From contig JAUCBJ010006371.1 in assembly GCA_032718475.1 (NCBI GenBank), positions 1-64,000 on the forward strand: a DNA stretch of 64,000 nucleotides, in the 5' to 3' direction. This stretch comes from Nemertoderma westbladi (Eukaryota > Animalia > Xenacoelomorpha). The notes beneath the pieces were generated by a model. It was not told where the DNA came from and made no database searches. It saw only the letters and a list, made by a program, of their open reading frames with translations. Positions 12,900-26,221 of the stretch are shown piece after piece. Position 1 is the first letter of the stretch. Every line of letters starts with the position of its first letter. The position numbers were made by a program, and so were the translations under genes.

Positions 12900-15800
12900 C
12901 TGTTAGATTTACTTGTATTTTAGTTACTTTGAGTTTATCTGTTAGATTTACTTGTATTTTAGTTACTTTGAGTTTATCTGTTAGATTTACTTGTATTTTA
13001 GTTACATTGAGTTTATCTGTTAGATTTACTTGTATTTTAGTTACATTGAGTTTATCTGTTAGATTTACTTGTATTTTAGTTACATTGAGTTTATCTGTTA
13101 GATTTACTTGTATTTTAGTTACTTTGAGTTTATCTGTTAGATTTCCTTGTATTTTAGTTACATTGAGTTTATCTGTTAGATTTACTTGTATTTTAGTTAC
13201 ATTGAGTTTATCTGTTAGATTTCCTTGTATTTTAGTTACATTGAGTTTATCTGTTAGATTTACTTGTATTTTAGTTACATTGAGTTTATCTGTTAGATTT
13301 ACTTGTATTTTAGTTACATTGAGTTTATCTGTTAGATTTCCTTGTATTTTAGTTACATTGAGTTTATCTGTTAGATTTACTTGTATTTTAGTTACATTGA
13401 GTTTATCTGTTAGATTTACTTGTATTTTAGTTACATTGAGTTTATCTGTTAGATTTCCTTGTATTTTAGTTACTTTGAGTTTATCTGTTAGATTTCCTTG
13501 TATTTTAGTTACTTTGAGTTTATCTGTTAGATTTACTTGTATTTTAGTTACTTTGAGTTTATCTGTTAGATTTACTTGTATTTTAGTTACATTGAGTTTA
13601 TCTGTTAGATTTACTTGTATTTTAGTTACTTTGAGTTTATCTGTTAGATTTACTTGTATTTTAGTTACATTGAGTTTATCTGTTAGATTTACTTGTATTT
13701 TAGTTACATTGAGTTTATCTGTTAGATTTACTTGTATTTTAGTTACATTGAGTTTATCTGTTAGATTTCCTTGTATTTTAGTTACATTGAGTTTATCTGT
13801 TAGATTTACTTGTATTTTAGTTACATTGAGTTTATCTGTTAGATTTACTTGTATTTTAGTTACATTGAGTTTATCTGTTAGATTTCCTTGTATTTTAGTT
13901 ACATTGAGTTTATCTGTTAGATTTACTTGTATTTTAGTTACATTGAGTTTATCTGTTAGATTTCCTTGTATTTTAGTTACATTGAGTTTATCTGTTAGAT
14001 TTACTTGTATTTTAGTTACATTGAGTTTATCTGTTAGATTTCCTTGTATTTTAGTTACATTGAGTTTATCTGTTAGATTTACTTGTATTTTAGTTACTTT
14101 GAGTTTATCTGTTAGATTTACTTGTATTTAAGTTACATTGAGTTTATCTGTTAGATTTCCTTGTATTTTAGTTACATTGAGTTTATCTGTTAGATTTACT
14201 TGTATTTTAGTTACATTGAGTTTATCTGTTAGATTTCCTTGTATTTTAGTTACTTTGAGTTTATCTGTTAGATTTACTTGTATTTTAGTTACATTGAGTT
14301 TATCTGTTAGATTTACTTGTATTTTAGTTACTTTGAGTTTATCTGTTAGATTTCCTTGTATTTTAGTTACTTTGAGTTTATCTGTTAGATTTACTTGTAT
14401 TTTAGTTACATTGAGTTTATCTGTTAGATTTACTTGTATTTTAGTTACTTTGAGTTTATCTGTTAGATTTACTTGTATTTTAGTTACATTGAGTTTATCT
14501 GTTAGATTTACTTGTATTTTAGTTACATTGAGTTTATCTGTTAGATTTCCTTGTATTTTAGTTACATTGAGTTTATCTGTTAGATTTACTTGTATTTTAG
14601 TTACATTGAGTTTATCTGTTAGATTTCCTTGTATTTTAGTTACATTGAGTTTATCTGTTAGATTTACTTGTATTTTAGTTACATTGAGTTTATCTGTTAG
14701 ATTTCCTTGTATTTTAGTTACATTGAGTTTATCTGTTAGATTTACTTGTATTTTAGTTACATTGAGTTTATCTGTTAGATTTACTTGTATTTTAGTTACA
14801 TTGAGTTTATCTGTTAGATTTACTTGTATTTTAGTTACTTTGAGTTTATCTGTTAGATTTACTTGCATTTTAGTTACTTTGAGTTTATCTGTTAGATTTA
14901 CTTGTATTTTAGTTACATTGAGTTTATCTGTTAGATTTACTTGTATTTTAGTTACATTGAGTTTATCTGTTAGATTTCCTTGTATTTTAGTTACATTGAG
15001 TTTATCTGTTAGATTTACTTGTATTTTAGTTACATTGAGTTTATCTGTTAGATTTACTTGTATTTTAGTTACTTTGAGTTTATCTGTTAGATTTACTTGT
15101 ATTTTAGTTACATTGAGTTTATCTGTTAGATTTACTTGTATTTTAGTTACTTTGAGTTTATCTGTTAGATTTACTTGTATTTTAGTTACTTTGAGTTTAT
15201 CTGTTAGATTTCCTTGTATTTTAGTTACATTGAGTTTATCTGTTAGATTTACTTGTATTTTAGTTACATTGAGTTTATCTGTTAGATTTACTTGTATTTT
15301 AGTTACTTTGAGTTTATCTGTTAGATTTCCTTGTATTTTAGTTACATTGAGTTTATCTGTTAGATTTACTTGTATTTTAGTTACATTGAGTTTATCTGTT
15401 AGATTTACTTGTATTTTAGTTACTTTGAGTTTATCTGTTAGATTTACTTGTATTTTAGTTACATTGAGTTTATCTGTTAGATTTACTTGTATTTTAGTTA
15501 CTTTGAGTTTATCTGTTAGATTTACTTGTATTTTAGTTACTTTGAGTTTATCTGTTAGATTTACTTGTATTTTAGTTACATTGAGTTTATCTGTTAGATT
15601 TACTTGTATTTTAGTTACTTTGAGTTTATCTGTTAGATTTACTTGCATTTTAGTTACTTTGAGTTTATCTGTTAGATTTACTTGTATTTTAGTTACATTG
15701 AGTTTATCTGTTAGATTTACTTGTATTTTAGTTACATTGAGTTTATCTGTTAGATTTCCTTGTATTTTAGTTACATTGAGTTTATCTGTTAGATTTACTT

Positions 15801-18800
15801 GTATTTTAGTTACATTGAGTTTATCTGTTAGATTTACTTGTATTTTAGTTACTTTGAGTTTATCTGTTAGATTTACTTGTATTTTAGTTACATTGAGTTT
15901 ATTTGTTAGATTTACTTGTATTTTAGTTACTTTGAGTTTATCTGTTAGATTTACTTGTATTTTAGTTACTTTGAGTTTATCTGTTAGATTTCCTTGTATT
16001 TTAGTTACATTGAGTTTATCTGTTAGATTTACTTGTATTTTAGTTACATTGAGTTTATCTGTTAGATTTACTTGTATTTTAGTTACTTTGAGTTTATCTG
16101 TTAGATTTCCTTGTATTTTAGTTACATTGAGTTTATCTGTTAGATTTACTTGTATTTTAGTTACATTGAGTTTATCTGTTAGATTTACTTGTATTTTAGT
16201 TACTTTGAGTTTATCTGTTAGATTTCCTTGTATTTTAGTTACATTGAGTTTATCTGTTAGATTTACTTGTATTTTAGTTACATTGAGTTTATCTGTTAGA
16301 TTTACTTGTATTTTAGTTACTTTGAGTTTATCTGTTAGATTTCCTTGTATTTTAGTTACATTGAGTTTATCTGTTAGATTTACTTGTATTTTAGTTACAT
16401 TGAGTTTATCTGTTAGATTTACTTGTATTTTAGTTACTTTGAGTTTATCTGTTAGATTTACTTGTATTTTAGTTACATTGAGTTTATCTGTTAGATTTAC
16501 TTGTATTTTAGTTACTTTGAGTTTATCTGTTAGATTTACTTGTATTTTAGTTACTTTGAGTTTATCTGTTAGATTTCCTTGTATTTTAGTTACATTGAGT
16601 TTATCTGTTAGATTTACTTGTATTTTAGTTACATTGAGTTTATCTGTTAGATTTACTTGTATTTTAGTTACTTTGAGTTTATCTGTTAGATTTCCTTGTA
16701 TTTTAGTTACATTGAGTTTATCTGTTAGATTTACTTGTATTTTAGTTACATTGAGTTTATCTGTTAGATTTACTTGTATTTTAGTTACTTTGAGTTTATC
16801 TGTTAGATTTACTTGTATTTTAGTTACATTGAGTTTATCTGTTAGATTTACTTGTATTTTAGTTACTTTGAGTTTATCTGTTAGATTTACTTGTATTTTA
16901 GTTACTTTGAGTTTATCTGTTAGATTTACTTGTATTTTAGTTACATTGAGTTTATCTGTTAGATTTACTTGTATTTTAGTTACTTTGAGTTTATCTGTTA
17001 GATTTACTTGTATTTTAGTTACTTTGAGTTTATCTGTTAGATTTACTTGTATTTTAGTTACATTGAGTTTATCTGTTAGATTTACTTGTATTTTAGTTAC
17101 ATTGAGTTTATCTGTTAGATTTCCTTGTATTTTAGTTACATTGAGTTTATCTGTTAGATTTACTTGTATTTTAGTTACATTGAGTTTATCTGTTAGATTT
17201 ACTTGTATTTTAGTTACTTTGAGTTTATCTGTTAGATTTACTTGTATTTTAGTTACATTGAGTTTATTTGTTAGATTTACTTGTATTTTAGTTACTTTGA
17301 GTTTATCTGTTAGATTTACTTGTATTTTAGTTACTTTGAGTTTATCTGTTAGATTTCCTTGTATTTTAGTTACATTGAGTTTATCTGTTAGATTTACTTG
17401 TATTTTAGTTACATTGAGTTTATCTGTTAGATTTACTTGTATTTTAGTTACTTTGAGTTTATCTGTTAGATTTCCTTGTATTTTAGTTACATTGAGTTTA
17501 TCTGTTAGATTTACTTGTATTTTAGTTACATTGAGTTTATCTGTTAGATTTACTTGTATTTTAGTTACTTTGAGTTTATCTGTTAGATTTACTTGTATTT
17601 TAGTTACATTGAGTTTATCTGTTAGATTTACTTGTATTTTAGTTACTTTGAGTTTATCTGTTAGATTTACTTGTATTTTAGTTACTTTGAGTTTATCTGT
17701 TAGATTTACTTGTATTTTAGTTACATTGAATTTATCTGTTAGATTTACTTGTATTTTAGTTACATTGAGTTTATCTGTTAGATTTACTTGTATTTTAGTT
17801 ACATTGAGTTTATTTGTTAGATTTACTTGTATTTTAGTTACTTTGAGTTTATCTGTTAGATTTACTTGTATTTTAGTTACTTTGAGTTTATCTGTTAGAT
17901 TTACTTGTATTTTAGTTACATTGAGTTTATCTGTTAGATTTACTTGTATTTTAGTTACTTTGAGTTTATCTGTTGGATTTACTTGTATTTTAGTTACATT
18001 GAGTTTATCTGTTAGATTTACTTGTATTTTAGTTACATTGAGTTTATCTGTTAGATTTACTTGTATTTTAGTTACTTTGAGTTTATCTGTTAGATTTACT
18101 TGTATTTTAGTTACATTGAGTTTATCTGTTAGATTTACTTGTATTTTAGTTACATTGAGTTTATCTGTTAGATTTCCTTGTATTTTAGTTACATTGAGTT
18201 TATCTGTTAGATTTACTTGTATTTTAGTTACTTTGAGTTTATCTGTTAGATTTACTTGTATTTTAGTTACATTGAGTTTATCTGTTAGATTTACTTGTAT
18301 TTTAGTTACATTGAGTTTATCTGTTAGATTTACTTGTATTTTAGTTACATTGAGTTTATCTGTTAGATTTACTTGTATTTTAGTTACTTTGAGTTTATCT
18401 GTTAGATTTCCTTGTATTTTAGTTACATTGAGTTTATCTGTTAGATTTACTTATATTTTAGTTACATTGAGTTTATCTGTTAGATTTCCTTGTATTTTAG
18501 TTACATTGAGTTTATCTGTTAGATTTACTTGTATTTTAGTTACATTGAGTTTATCTGTTAGATTTACTTGTATTTTAGTTACATTGAGTTTATCTGTTAG
18601 ATTTCCTTGTATTTTAGTTACATTGAGTTTATCTGTTAGATTTACTTGTATTTTAGTTACATTGAGTTTATCTGTTAGATTTACTTGTATTTTAGTTACA
18701 TTGAGTTTATCTGTTAGATTTCCTTGTATTTTAGTTACTTTGAGTTTATCTGTTAGATTTCCTTGTATTTTAGTTACTTTGAGTTTATCTGTTAGATTTC

Positions 18801-21800
18801 CTTGTATTTTAGTTACATTGAGTTTATCTGTTAGATTTACTTGTATTTTAGTTACATTGAGTTTATCTGTTAGATTTACTTGTATTTTAGTTACTTTGAG
18901 TTTATCTGTTAGATTTACTTGTATTTTAGTTACTTTGAGTTTATCTGTTAGATTTACTTGTATTTTAGTTACTTTGAGTTTATCTGTTAGATTTACTTGT
19001 ATTTTAGTTACATTGAGTTTATCTGTTAGATTTACTTGTATTTTAGTTACTTTGAGTTTATCTGTTAGATTTACTTGTATTTTAGTTACATTGAGTTTAT
19101 CTGTTAGATTTCCTTGTATTTTAGTTACATTGAGTTTATCTGTATGATTTACTTGTATTTTAGTTACATTGAGTTTATCTGTTAGATTTACTTGTATTTT
19201 AGTTACATTGAGTTTATCTGTTAGATTTACTTGTATTTTAGTTACATTGAGTTTATCTGTTAGATTTACTTGTATTTTAGTTACATTGAGTTTATCTGTT
19301 AGATTTACTTGTATTTTAGTTACATTGAGTTTATCTGTTAGATTTACTTGTATTTTAGTTACATTGAGTTTATTTGTTAGATTTACTTGTATTTTAGTTA
19401 CATTGAGTTTATCTGTTAGATTTACTTGTATTTTAGTTACATTGAGTTTATCTGTTAGATTTACTTGTATTTTAGTTACATTGAGTTTATCTGTTAGATT
19501 TACTTGTATTTTAGTTACATTGAGTTTATCTGTTAGATTTACTTGTATTTTAGTTACATTGAGTTTATATGTTAGATTTACTTGTATTTTAGTTACATTG
19601 AGTTTATCTGTTAGATTTACTTGTATTTTAGTTACATTGAGTTTATTTGTTAGATTTACTTGTATTTTAGTTACATTGAGTTTATCTGTTAGATTTACTT
19701 GTATTTTAGTTACATTGAGTTTATTTGTTAGATTTACTTGTATTTTAGTTACATTGAGTTTATCTGTTAGATTTACTTGTATTTTAGTTACATTGAGTTT
19801 ATCTGTTAGATTTCCTTGTATTTTAGTTACATTGAGTTTATCTGTTAGATTTACTTGTATTTTAGTTACATTGAGTTTATCTGTTAGATTTACTTGTATT
19901 TTAGTTACTTTGAGTTTATCTGTTAGATTTACTTGTATTTTAGTTACATTAAGTTTATCTGTTAGATTTACTTGTATTTTAGTTACATTGAGTTTATCTG
20001 TTAGATTTACTTGTATTTTAGTTACATTGAGTTTATCTGTTAGATTTACTTGTATTTTAGTTACATTGAGTTTATCTGTTAGATTTACTTGTATTTTAGT
20101 TACATTGAGTTTATCTGTTAGATTTACTTGTATTTTAGTTACATTGAGTTTATCTGTTAGATTTACTTGTATTTTAGTTACTTTGAGTTTATCTGTTAGA
20201 TTTACTTGTATTTTAGTTACTTTGAGTTTATCTGTTAGATTTACTTGTATTTTAGTTACATTAAGTTTATCTGTTAGATTTACTTGTATTTTAGTTACAT
20301 TGAGTTTATCTGTTAGATTTACTTGTATTTTAGTTACTTTGAGTTTATCTGTTAGATTTACTTGTATTTTAGTTACTTTGAGTTTATCTGTTAGATTTAC
20401 TTGTATTTTAGTTACATTGAGTTTATCTGTTAGATTTACTTGTATTTTAGTTACATTGAGTTTATCTGTTAGATTTACTTGTATTTTAGTTACATTGAGT
20501 TTATCTGTTAGATTTACTTGTATTTTAGTTACATTGAGTTTATCTGTTAGATTTACTTGTATTTTAGTTACTTTGAGTTTATCTGTTAGATTTACTTGTA
20601 TTTTAGTTACTTTGAGTTTATCTGTTAGATTTACTTGTATTTTAGTTACTTTGAGTTTATCTGTTAGATTTACTTGTATTTTAGTTACATTGAGTTTATC
20701 TGTTAGATTTACTTGTATTTTAGTTACATTGAGTTTATCTGTTAGATTTACGTTTGTATTTTAGTTACATTGAGTTTATCTGTTAGATTTACTTGTATTT
20801 TAGTTACATTGAGTTTATCTGTTAGATTTACTTGTATTTTAGTTACATTGAGTTTATCTGTTAGATTTACTTGTATTTTAGTTACTTTGAGTTTATCTGT
20901 TAGATTTACTTGTATTTTAGTTACTTTGAGTTTATCTGTTAGATTTACTTGTATTTTAGTTACATTGAGTTTATCTGTTAGATTTACTTGTATTTTAGTT
21001 ACATTGAGTTTATCTGTTAGATTTACTTGTATTTTAGTTACATTGAGTTTATCTGTTAGATTTACTTGTATTTTAGTTACATTGAGTTTATCTGTTAGAT
21101 TTACTTGTATTTTAGTTACATTGAGTTTATCTGTTAGATTTACTTGTATTTTAGTTACATTGAGTTTATCTGTTATTTTTACTTGTATTTTAGTTACATT
21201 GAGTTTATCTGTTAGATTTACTTGTATTTTAGTTATATTGAGTTTATCTGTTAGATTTACTTGTATTTTAGTTACATTGAGTTTATCTGTTAGATTTACT
21301 TGTATTTTAGTTACATTGAGTTTATCTGTTAGATTTACTTGTATTTTAGTTACATTGAGTTTATCTGTTAGATTTCCTTGTATTTTAGTTACATTGAGTT
21401 TATCTGTTAGATTTACTTGTATTTTAGTTACATTGAGTTTATCTGTTAGATTTCCTTGTATTTTAGTTACTTTGAGTTTATCTGTTAGATTTACTTGTAT
21501 TTTAGTTACATTGAGTTTTTTCTGTTAGATTTCCTTGTATTTTAGTTACATTGAGTTTTTTTCTGTTAGATTTCCTTGTATTTTAGTTACATTGAGTTTA
21601 TCTGTTAGATTTACTTGTATTTTAGTTACATTGAGTTTATCTGTTATTTTTACTTGTATTTTAGTTACATTGAGTTTATCTGTTAGATTTACTTGTATTT
21701 TAGTTATATTGAGTTTATCTGTTAGATTTACTTATATTTTAGTTACATTGAGTTTATCTGTTAGATTTACTTGTATTTTAGTTACATTGAGTTTATCTGT

Positions 21801-22375
21801 TAGATTTACTTGTATTTTAGTTACATTGAGTTTATCTGTTAGATTTCCTTGTATTTTAGTTACATTGAGTTTATCTGTTAGATTTACTTGTATTTTAGTT
21901 ACTTTGAGTTTATCTGTTAGATTTACTTGTATTTTAGTTACATTGAGTTTATCTGTTAGATTTACTTGTATTTTAGTTACATTGAGTTTATCTGTTAGAT
22001 TTACTTGTATTTTAGTTCTTTGAGTTTATCTGTTAGATTTACTTGTATTTTAGTTACTTTGAGTTTATCTGTTAGATTTACTTGTATTTTAGTTACATTG
22101 AGTTTATCTGTTAGATTTCCTTGTATTTTAGTTACTTTGAGTTTATCTGTTAGATTTACTTGTATTTTAGTTACATTGAGTTTTTTTCTGTTAGATTTCC
22201 TTGTATTTTAGTTACATTGAGTTTTTTTATGTTAGATTTCCTTGTATGTTAGTTACATTGAGTTTATCTGTTAGATTTACTTGTATTTTAGTTACATTGA
22301 GTTTTTTTCTGTTAGATTTACTTGTATTTTAGTTACATTGAGTTTATCTGTTAGATTTACTTGTATTTTAGTTAC
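12900..22375. repeat. 39-bp satellite, right block (~243 copies), ending at the PARP4 splice acceptor
   Basis: Same unit as 1959-5515; the last copy runs directly into ttttag|TTACCTCATTGAGTTTACA. Confidence 0.98.
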
Positions 22376-22603
22376 CTCATTGAGTTTACACTGGAGGACG
22401 ACTCCCTCACACCTCTAACCCATTCCCTAACCTCCGACGATATTCCTTCTGCCGATATCGATAAACCTCTACCAGTAGATATCCCCCGGGTTACCACTGA
22501 CGACGCTTTGAGTAAATGCCCGTCGGGTTTATTGGCTGCCGGTACCGGGGTCCCCTTAAAGTCAGTCCACGTTCGCGCAAGGATTATCGATTTAGTTGCT
22601 CAG
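22372..22603 (+). CDS. PARP4: PARP4 exon: end of catalytic domain and start of VIT domain
   Basis: Phase-2 join gives C-YLIEFTLEDD (PARP4 KYIIKFSMPGD) ... GLLAAGTGVPLKSVHVRARIIDLVAQ; donor cag|gtaatt. Confidence 0.92.
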
Positions 22604-23111
22604 GTAATTAATGTATTTATTCGAAAATGGAAATGTTTTTGCTATGGATTAGGCCTGTTAGTTACCGATACATCCAACATTTCGGAATTACTTTCATTTT
22701 TTAACAATCATGACCGGTTTACTTAAACTGGAAAAGTGGCATAGAGTATATATTGTAAACTATTGGTAAAAGGAAGTTAATGTAAACTATTATTTTGCCG
22801 TTAGGTCAGTGAATTCGTACAAAATCTGACGACTTATTTCCACTGCGGTCCCCCCAGAACTGAACTGGTACGACCTAGAATATAATGATATTTGTAATTT
22901 TTTTATTCTCGCAGAATATTTTTTTTAACTTCGTCTTATTAGTTTCTTTATGTTATAGCACCTTTTTTCAGGGTCAGGTCGGAGGAGGCATTATTCATCA
23001 GGGAGTTCAGGAAGTATTATTTTTGTGCATCAAACTACATGGACTTACATAACATTAATAATTTATACCATAAATAAAAGTCATGTTTATTTATTTTTAT
23101 CATATATTAAG

Positions 23112-23330
23112 GTTGTAGTCCTTCAGGAGTATTACAATCAGAGAGATGAAGCGGTGGAAGCCAAGTTTGTGTTTCCATTGGACGAATCGTCGGCAGTTTG
23201 TGGGTTCGAAGCGTTTATCAACGGTAAACACATCGTTGGTGAGGTCAAGGAGAAACAGGTGGCTCATAGAGAGTACAAGGAGGCAGTGGAGAAGGGCCAT
23301 GGTGCTTATCTAATGGATGAGGACAGGCCA
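23112..23330 (+). CDS. PARP4: PARP4 exon: VIT domain
   Basis: EAKFVFPLDESSAVCGFEAFINGKHIVGEVKEK...GHGAYLM is near-identical to the PARP4 VIT domain; aag| acceptor, |gtgagt donor, 73 codons. Confidence 0.95.
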
Positions 23331-24025
23331 GTGAGTCGAAGTATATATCTTAATGGGGTTCTAGAATAGATTGTAGTCAGGCCTACGAAGCTATATTCAT
23401 TATATTTAGTAAATTAATCAAGCTCGAAGTTACGAGCTCATTCGCATTTTGAGTGTTTGATGTTCTTGCTGGTAATACATTACAATGATTGTTATTTATT
23501 ACAAAGTATTAGGTTTGCTTCGTTTATAACTTGGAGTTGCGAACTATACCCCTTCCCAACCTGATTAAAAAAACATATCACGGCTCGTACTATACCAGTG
23601 GGGACCCCACAACCACACCATTATTTGCTGGATTTACTGTAGCACCACCATTTCGCAGAAAGTGCAAAATCCAAACATGTTCTATCATCTTATTAATCTA
23701 GCTATACATTTTCGTTAAGATTAAGCACATCTTAGCAAAGTTGGTGTTGACGTGTGGGTGGGATCGAACTGGTTGGAAGTTTGGCGGCATTCCGATAAGG
23801 AGTTCGCAGAAAAAATAAATACTTCCTTATATAGTCCTCAGGACCTGATATCTTGCATGTCTGCAACATCCTTATGGCCTGTTATTGCTACTACAGCTAC
23901 TGTAAGTTATCTTTGAGATATAGTTATGGATATTACTGTCTGAATGTTGGAGTAGGGCCCATCTATAACAATTTTCTTAATTTGCTTTTGAACTTTTTAG
24001 TTTACGTTAATTATTTTGTATTTAG

Positions 24026-24190
24026 GATGTATTTACTGTAACCATTGGTAACCTACCGCCAGACTCAACTGCACTCATTAAGATCACCTACGTCACGGAG
24101 GTGCCAGTTTCCTGTGATCAAGTTGTTTTCTCTCTGCCATCTAGTGTCGCTCCGTGGCAAACTAAAGAACTCACAATGGAATCCACCCAG
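24026..24190 (+). CDS. PARP4: PARP4 exon: VIT C-terminus
   Basis: DVFTVTIGNLPPDSTALIKITYVTEV...PSSVAPWQTKELTMESTQ; tttag| acceptor, cag|gttagc donor, 55 codons (missed by the ORF track). Confidence 0.93.
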
Positions 24191-24940
24191 GTTAGCGCCA
24201 TCTAGTGTCGCACCGTGGTAAACTAAAGAACTCACAATGGAATCCACCCAGGTTAGCGCCATCTAGTGTCGCACCGTGGTAAACTAAAGAACTCAAAATG
24301 GAATCCACCCAGGTTAGCACCATCTAGTGTCGCACCGTGGCAAATTAAAGAACTCACAATGGAATCCACCAAGGTTAGCGCCATCTAGTGTCGCGCCGTG
24401 GCAAACTAAAGAACTGAAAATGGAATCCACCCAGGTTAGCGCCATCTAGTGTCGCACCGTGGCAAATAAAAAACTCACAATGGAATCCATCCAGGTTAGC
24501 GCCATCTAGTGTCGCACCGTGGCAAACTAAAGAACTCACAATGGAATCCACCAAGGTTAGCGCCATCTAGTGTCGCACCGTGGCAAACTAAAGAACTCCA
24601 ATCGAATCCACCCAGGTTAGCGCCATCTAGTGTCGCACCGTGGTAAACTAAAGAACTCGCAATGGAATCCACCAAGGTTAGCGCCATCTAGTGTCGCACC
24701 GTGGCAAACTAAAGAACTCCAATCGAATCCACCCAGGTTAGCGCCATCTAGTGTCGCACCGTGGCAAACTAAAGAACTCACAATGGAATCCACCCAGGTT
24801 AGCGCCATCTAGTGTCGCACCGTGGCAAACTAAAGAACTCACAATGGAATCCACCAAGGTTAGCGCCATCTAGTGTCGCACCGTGGCAAACTAATGAACT
24901 CACAATGGAATCCACCCAGGTTAGCGCCATCTAGTGTTGC
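24136..24940. repeat. 61-bp tandem repeat (13 copies) made of the exon 3' end plus its splice donor
   Basis: gccatctagtgtcgcaccgtggcaaactaaagaactcacaatggaatccacccag|gttagc repeated; the first copy is the coding exon end. Confidence 0.96.
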
Positions 24941-25015
24941 AAACTAAATCACCGAGTTTACTTTTTGTCATTATCTGGTGATTTAATAGTTTTATATTTA
25001 TTTATCCCCATTAAG

Positions 25016-26122
25016 GATTGTGTTACCAAGGAAACACCAATCGGTGAATTCCACGGAGACAGCAGCGTCCAGGTTTCCTTGGAGATGGCATCGGAGATCC
25101 GAAGCGTGGAGAGCTCGAGCCACCCAATCAGAACGAAGCTGACCGCAACCAAGGCTACCGTGGAGACTCTGATTGGCTGCAATCTGTCCGAGGGTTTCCG
25201 CCTGTCCATCTCATTGGTCGAGATCCACGCGCCCCGTATGTGGGTGGAGGAGTGGAGCGAGGAGCGGGGTACCGGTGCCCCCTCCTCCGACCCCCACTCC
25301 GCCTCCTCCTCCGCCCCCCATCCCGAGGCCTGTATGCTAGCTTTCTACCCCGAGTTCGACGCCCAATCCCGCACCGACTACCGACTACTCATCCTGCTCG
25401 ACGTCTCCAACTCGATGGACCTCTCGAGCCTCCAGGAGGCGCGCACCCTCGCCTCCCTAGCTCTCCTCTCCCTCCATCGACGCTCCTCTTTCAACCTTGT
25501 CCTCTTCGCCTCCAGCTGGGCGGAGCTCTTCCCGGGCTTCGTAGAGGCGTCGCATAGCAACGTCCAATCAGCGATCGCGTTAGTTGCCTCGACAACGGGG
25601 GGTCGCGGTGCCACTGACCTAGTCGCGCCGTTGGAGGCCGCGGCTCAGCTCGCTGGCTCCCGATTGGTCAACGCCATGGTGATTACCGACGGACACGTAT
25701 CCAATGACGGCTCCGTTATGAACTGCATCCGGGCCAGGTCCAATAAACTGCGAGTGTTCCCCTGCGGGGTGGGCCGCTCCACCAATCGCTATCTACTCAA
25801 CCTGATCGCGAGGACCTCTAGCGGTTGCGCTGAGTACTTCGAGAGTAATAATCGAAGCAAGTGGCGACGCAAGATGGCGCTGCAATTCGAGAGGGTTGGC
25901 TCGCCGTCGTTGAAGCGAGTTCGTATCGAGTGGCAACTGTTCGGTGAGCGCGCCGACATCCTACAGGCGCCCCGGATAGTCAGCTCGCTGTTCAGCGGGA
26001 ACCGACTTGTAGTCTACGGGTTGCTTAGCAACTGTCGTCTAGCGACTCTGACCGCGGATATCGACGGACACGAAGTCTCGGCGGTTATCAGTTGTTCCGA
26101 ACTATCAGTTACTAGTGGGAAG
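25016..26122 (+). CDS. PARP4: PARP4 exon: vWA domain with intact MIDAS
   Basis: EIHAPRMWVE...EACMLAFYPEF, LLDVSNSM (DxSxS), GATDL, VITDGH, RVFPCGVG, QAP...SLFSGNRLVVYG; taag| acceptor, aag|gtttgt donor. Confidence 0.95.
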
Positions 26123-26221
26123 GTTTGTTGACTTTCTACTGTTGTTGTAAATTCAAGAAAAGTAATTCTGAAATTTACGAATCGATTAACAATTTTAAAA
26201 ATATTACAAAATCGTTTTTAA

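Noticed and set aside
1935-22211. Giant ORFs of LSLSVRFTCILVT / QVNLTDKLKVTKI repeats
   Set aside because: By-product of a 39-bp (multiple-of-3) satellite inside a PARP4 intron; no unique domain, interrupted by stops and a transposon
1959-22371. Recursive splicing or micro-exon array in the 39-bp satellite
   Set aside because: Decoy acceptors are AG|TT, not AG|GT. The internal GTTAGA would leave a 22-nt intron per unit, too short, and nothing else supports it
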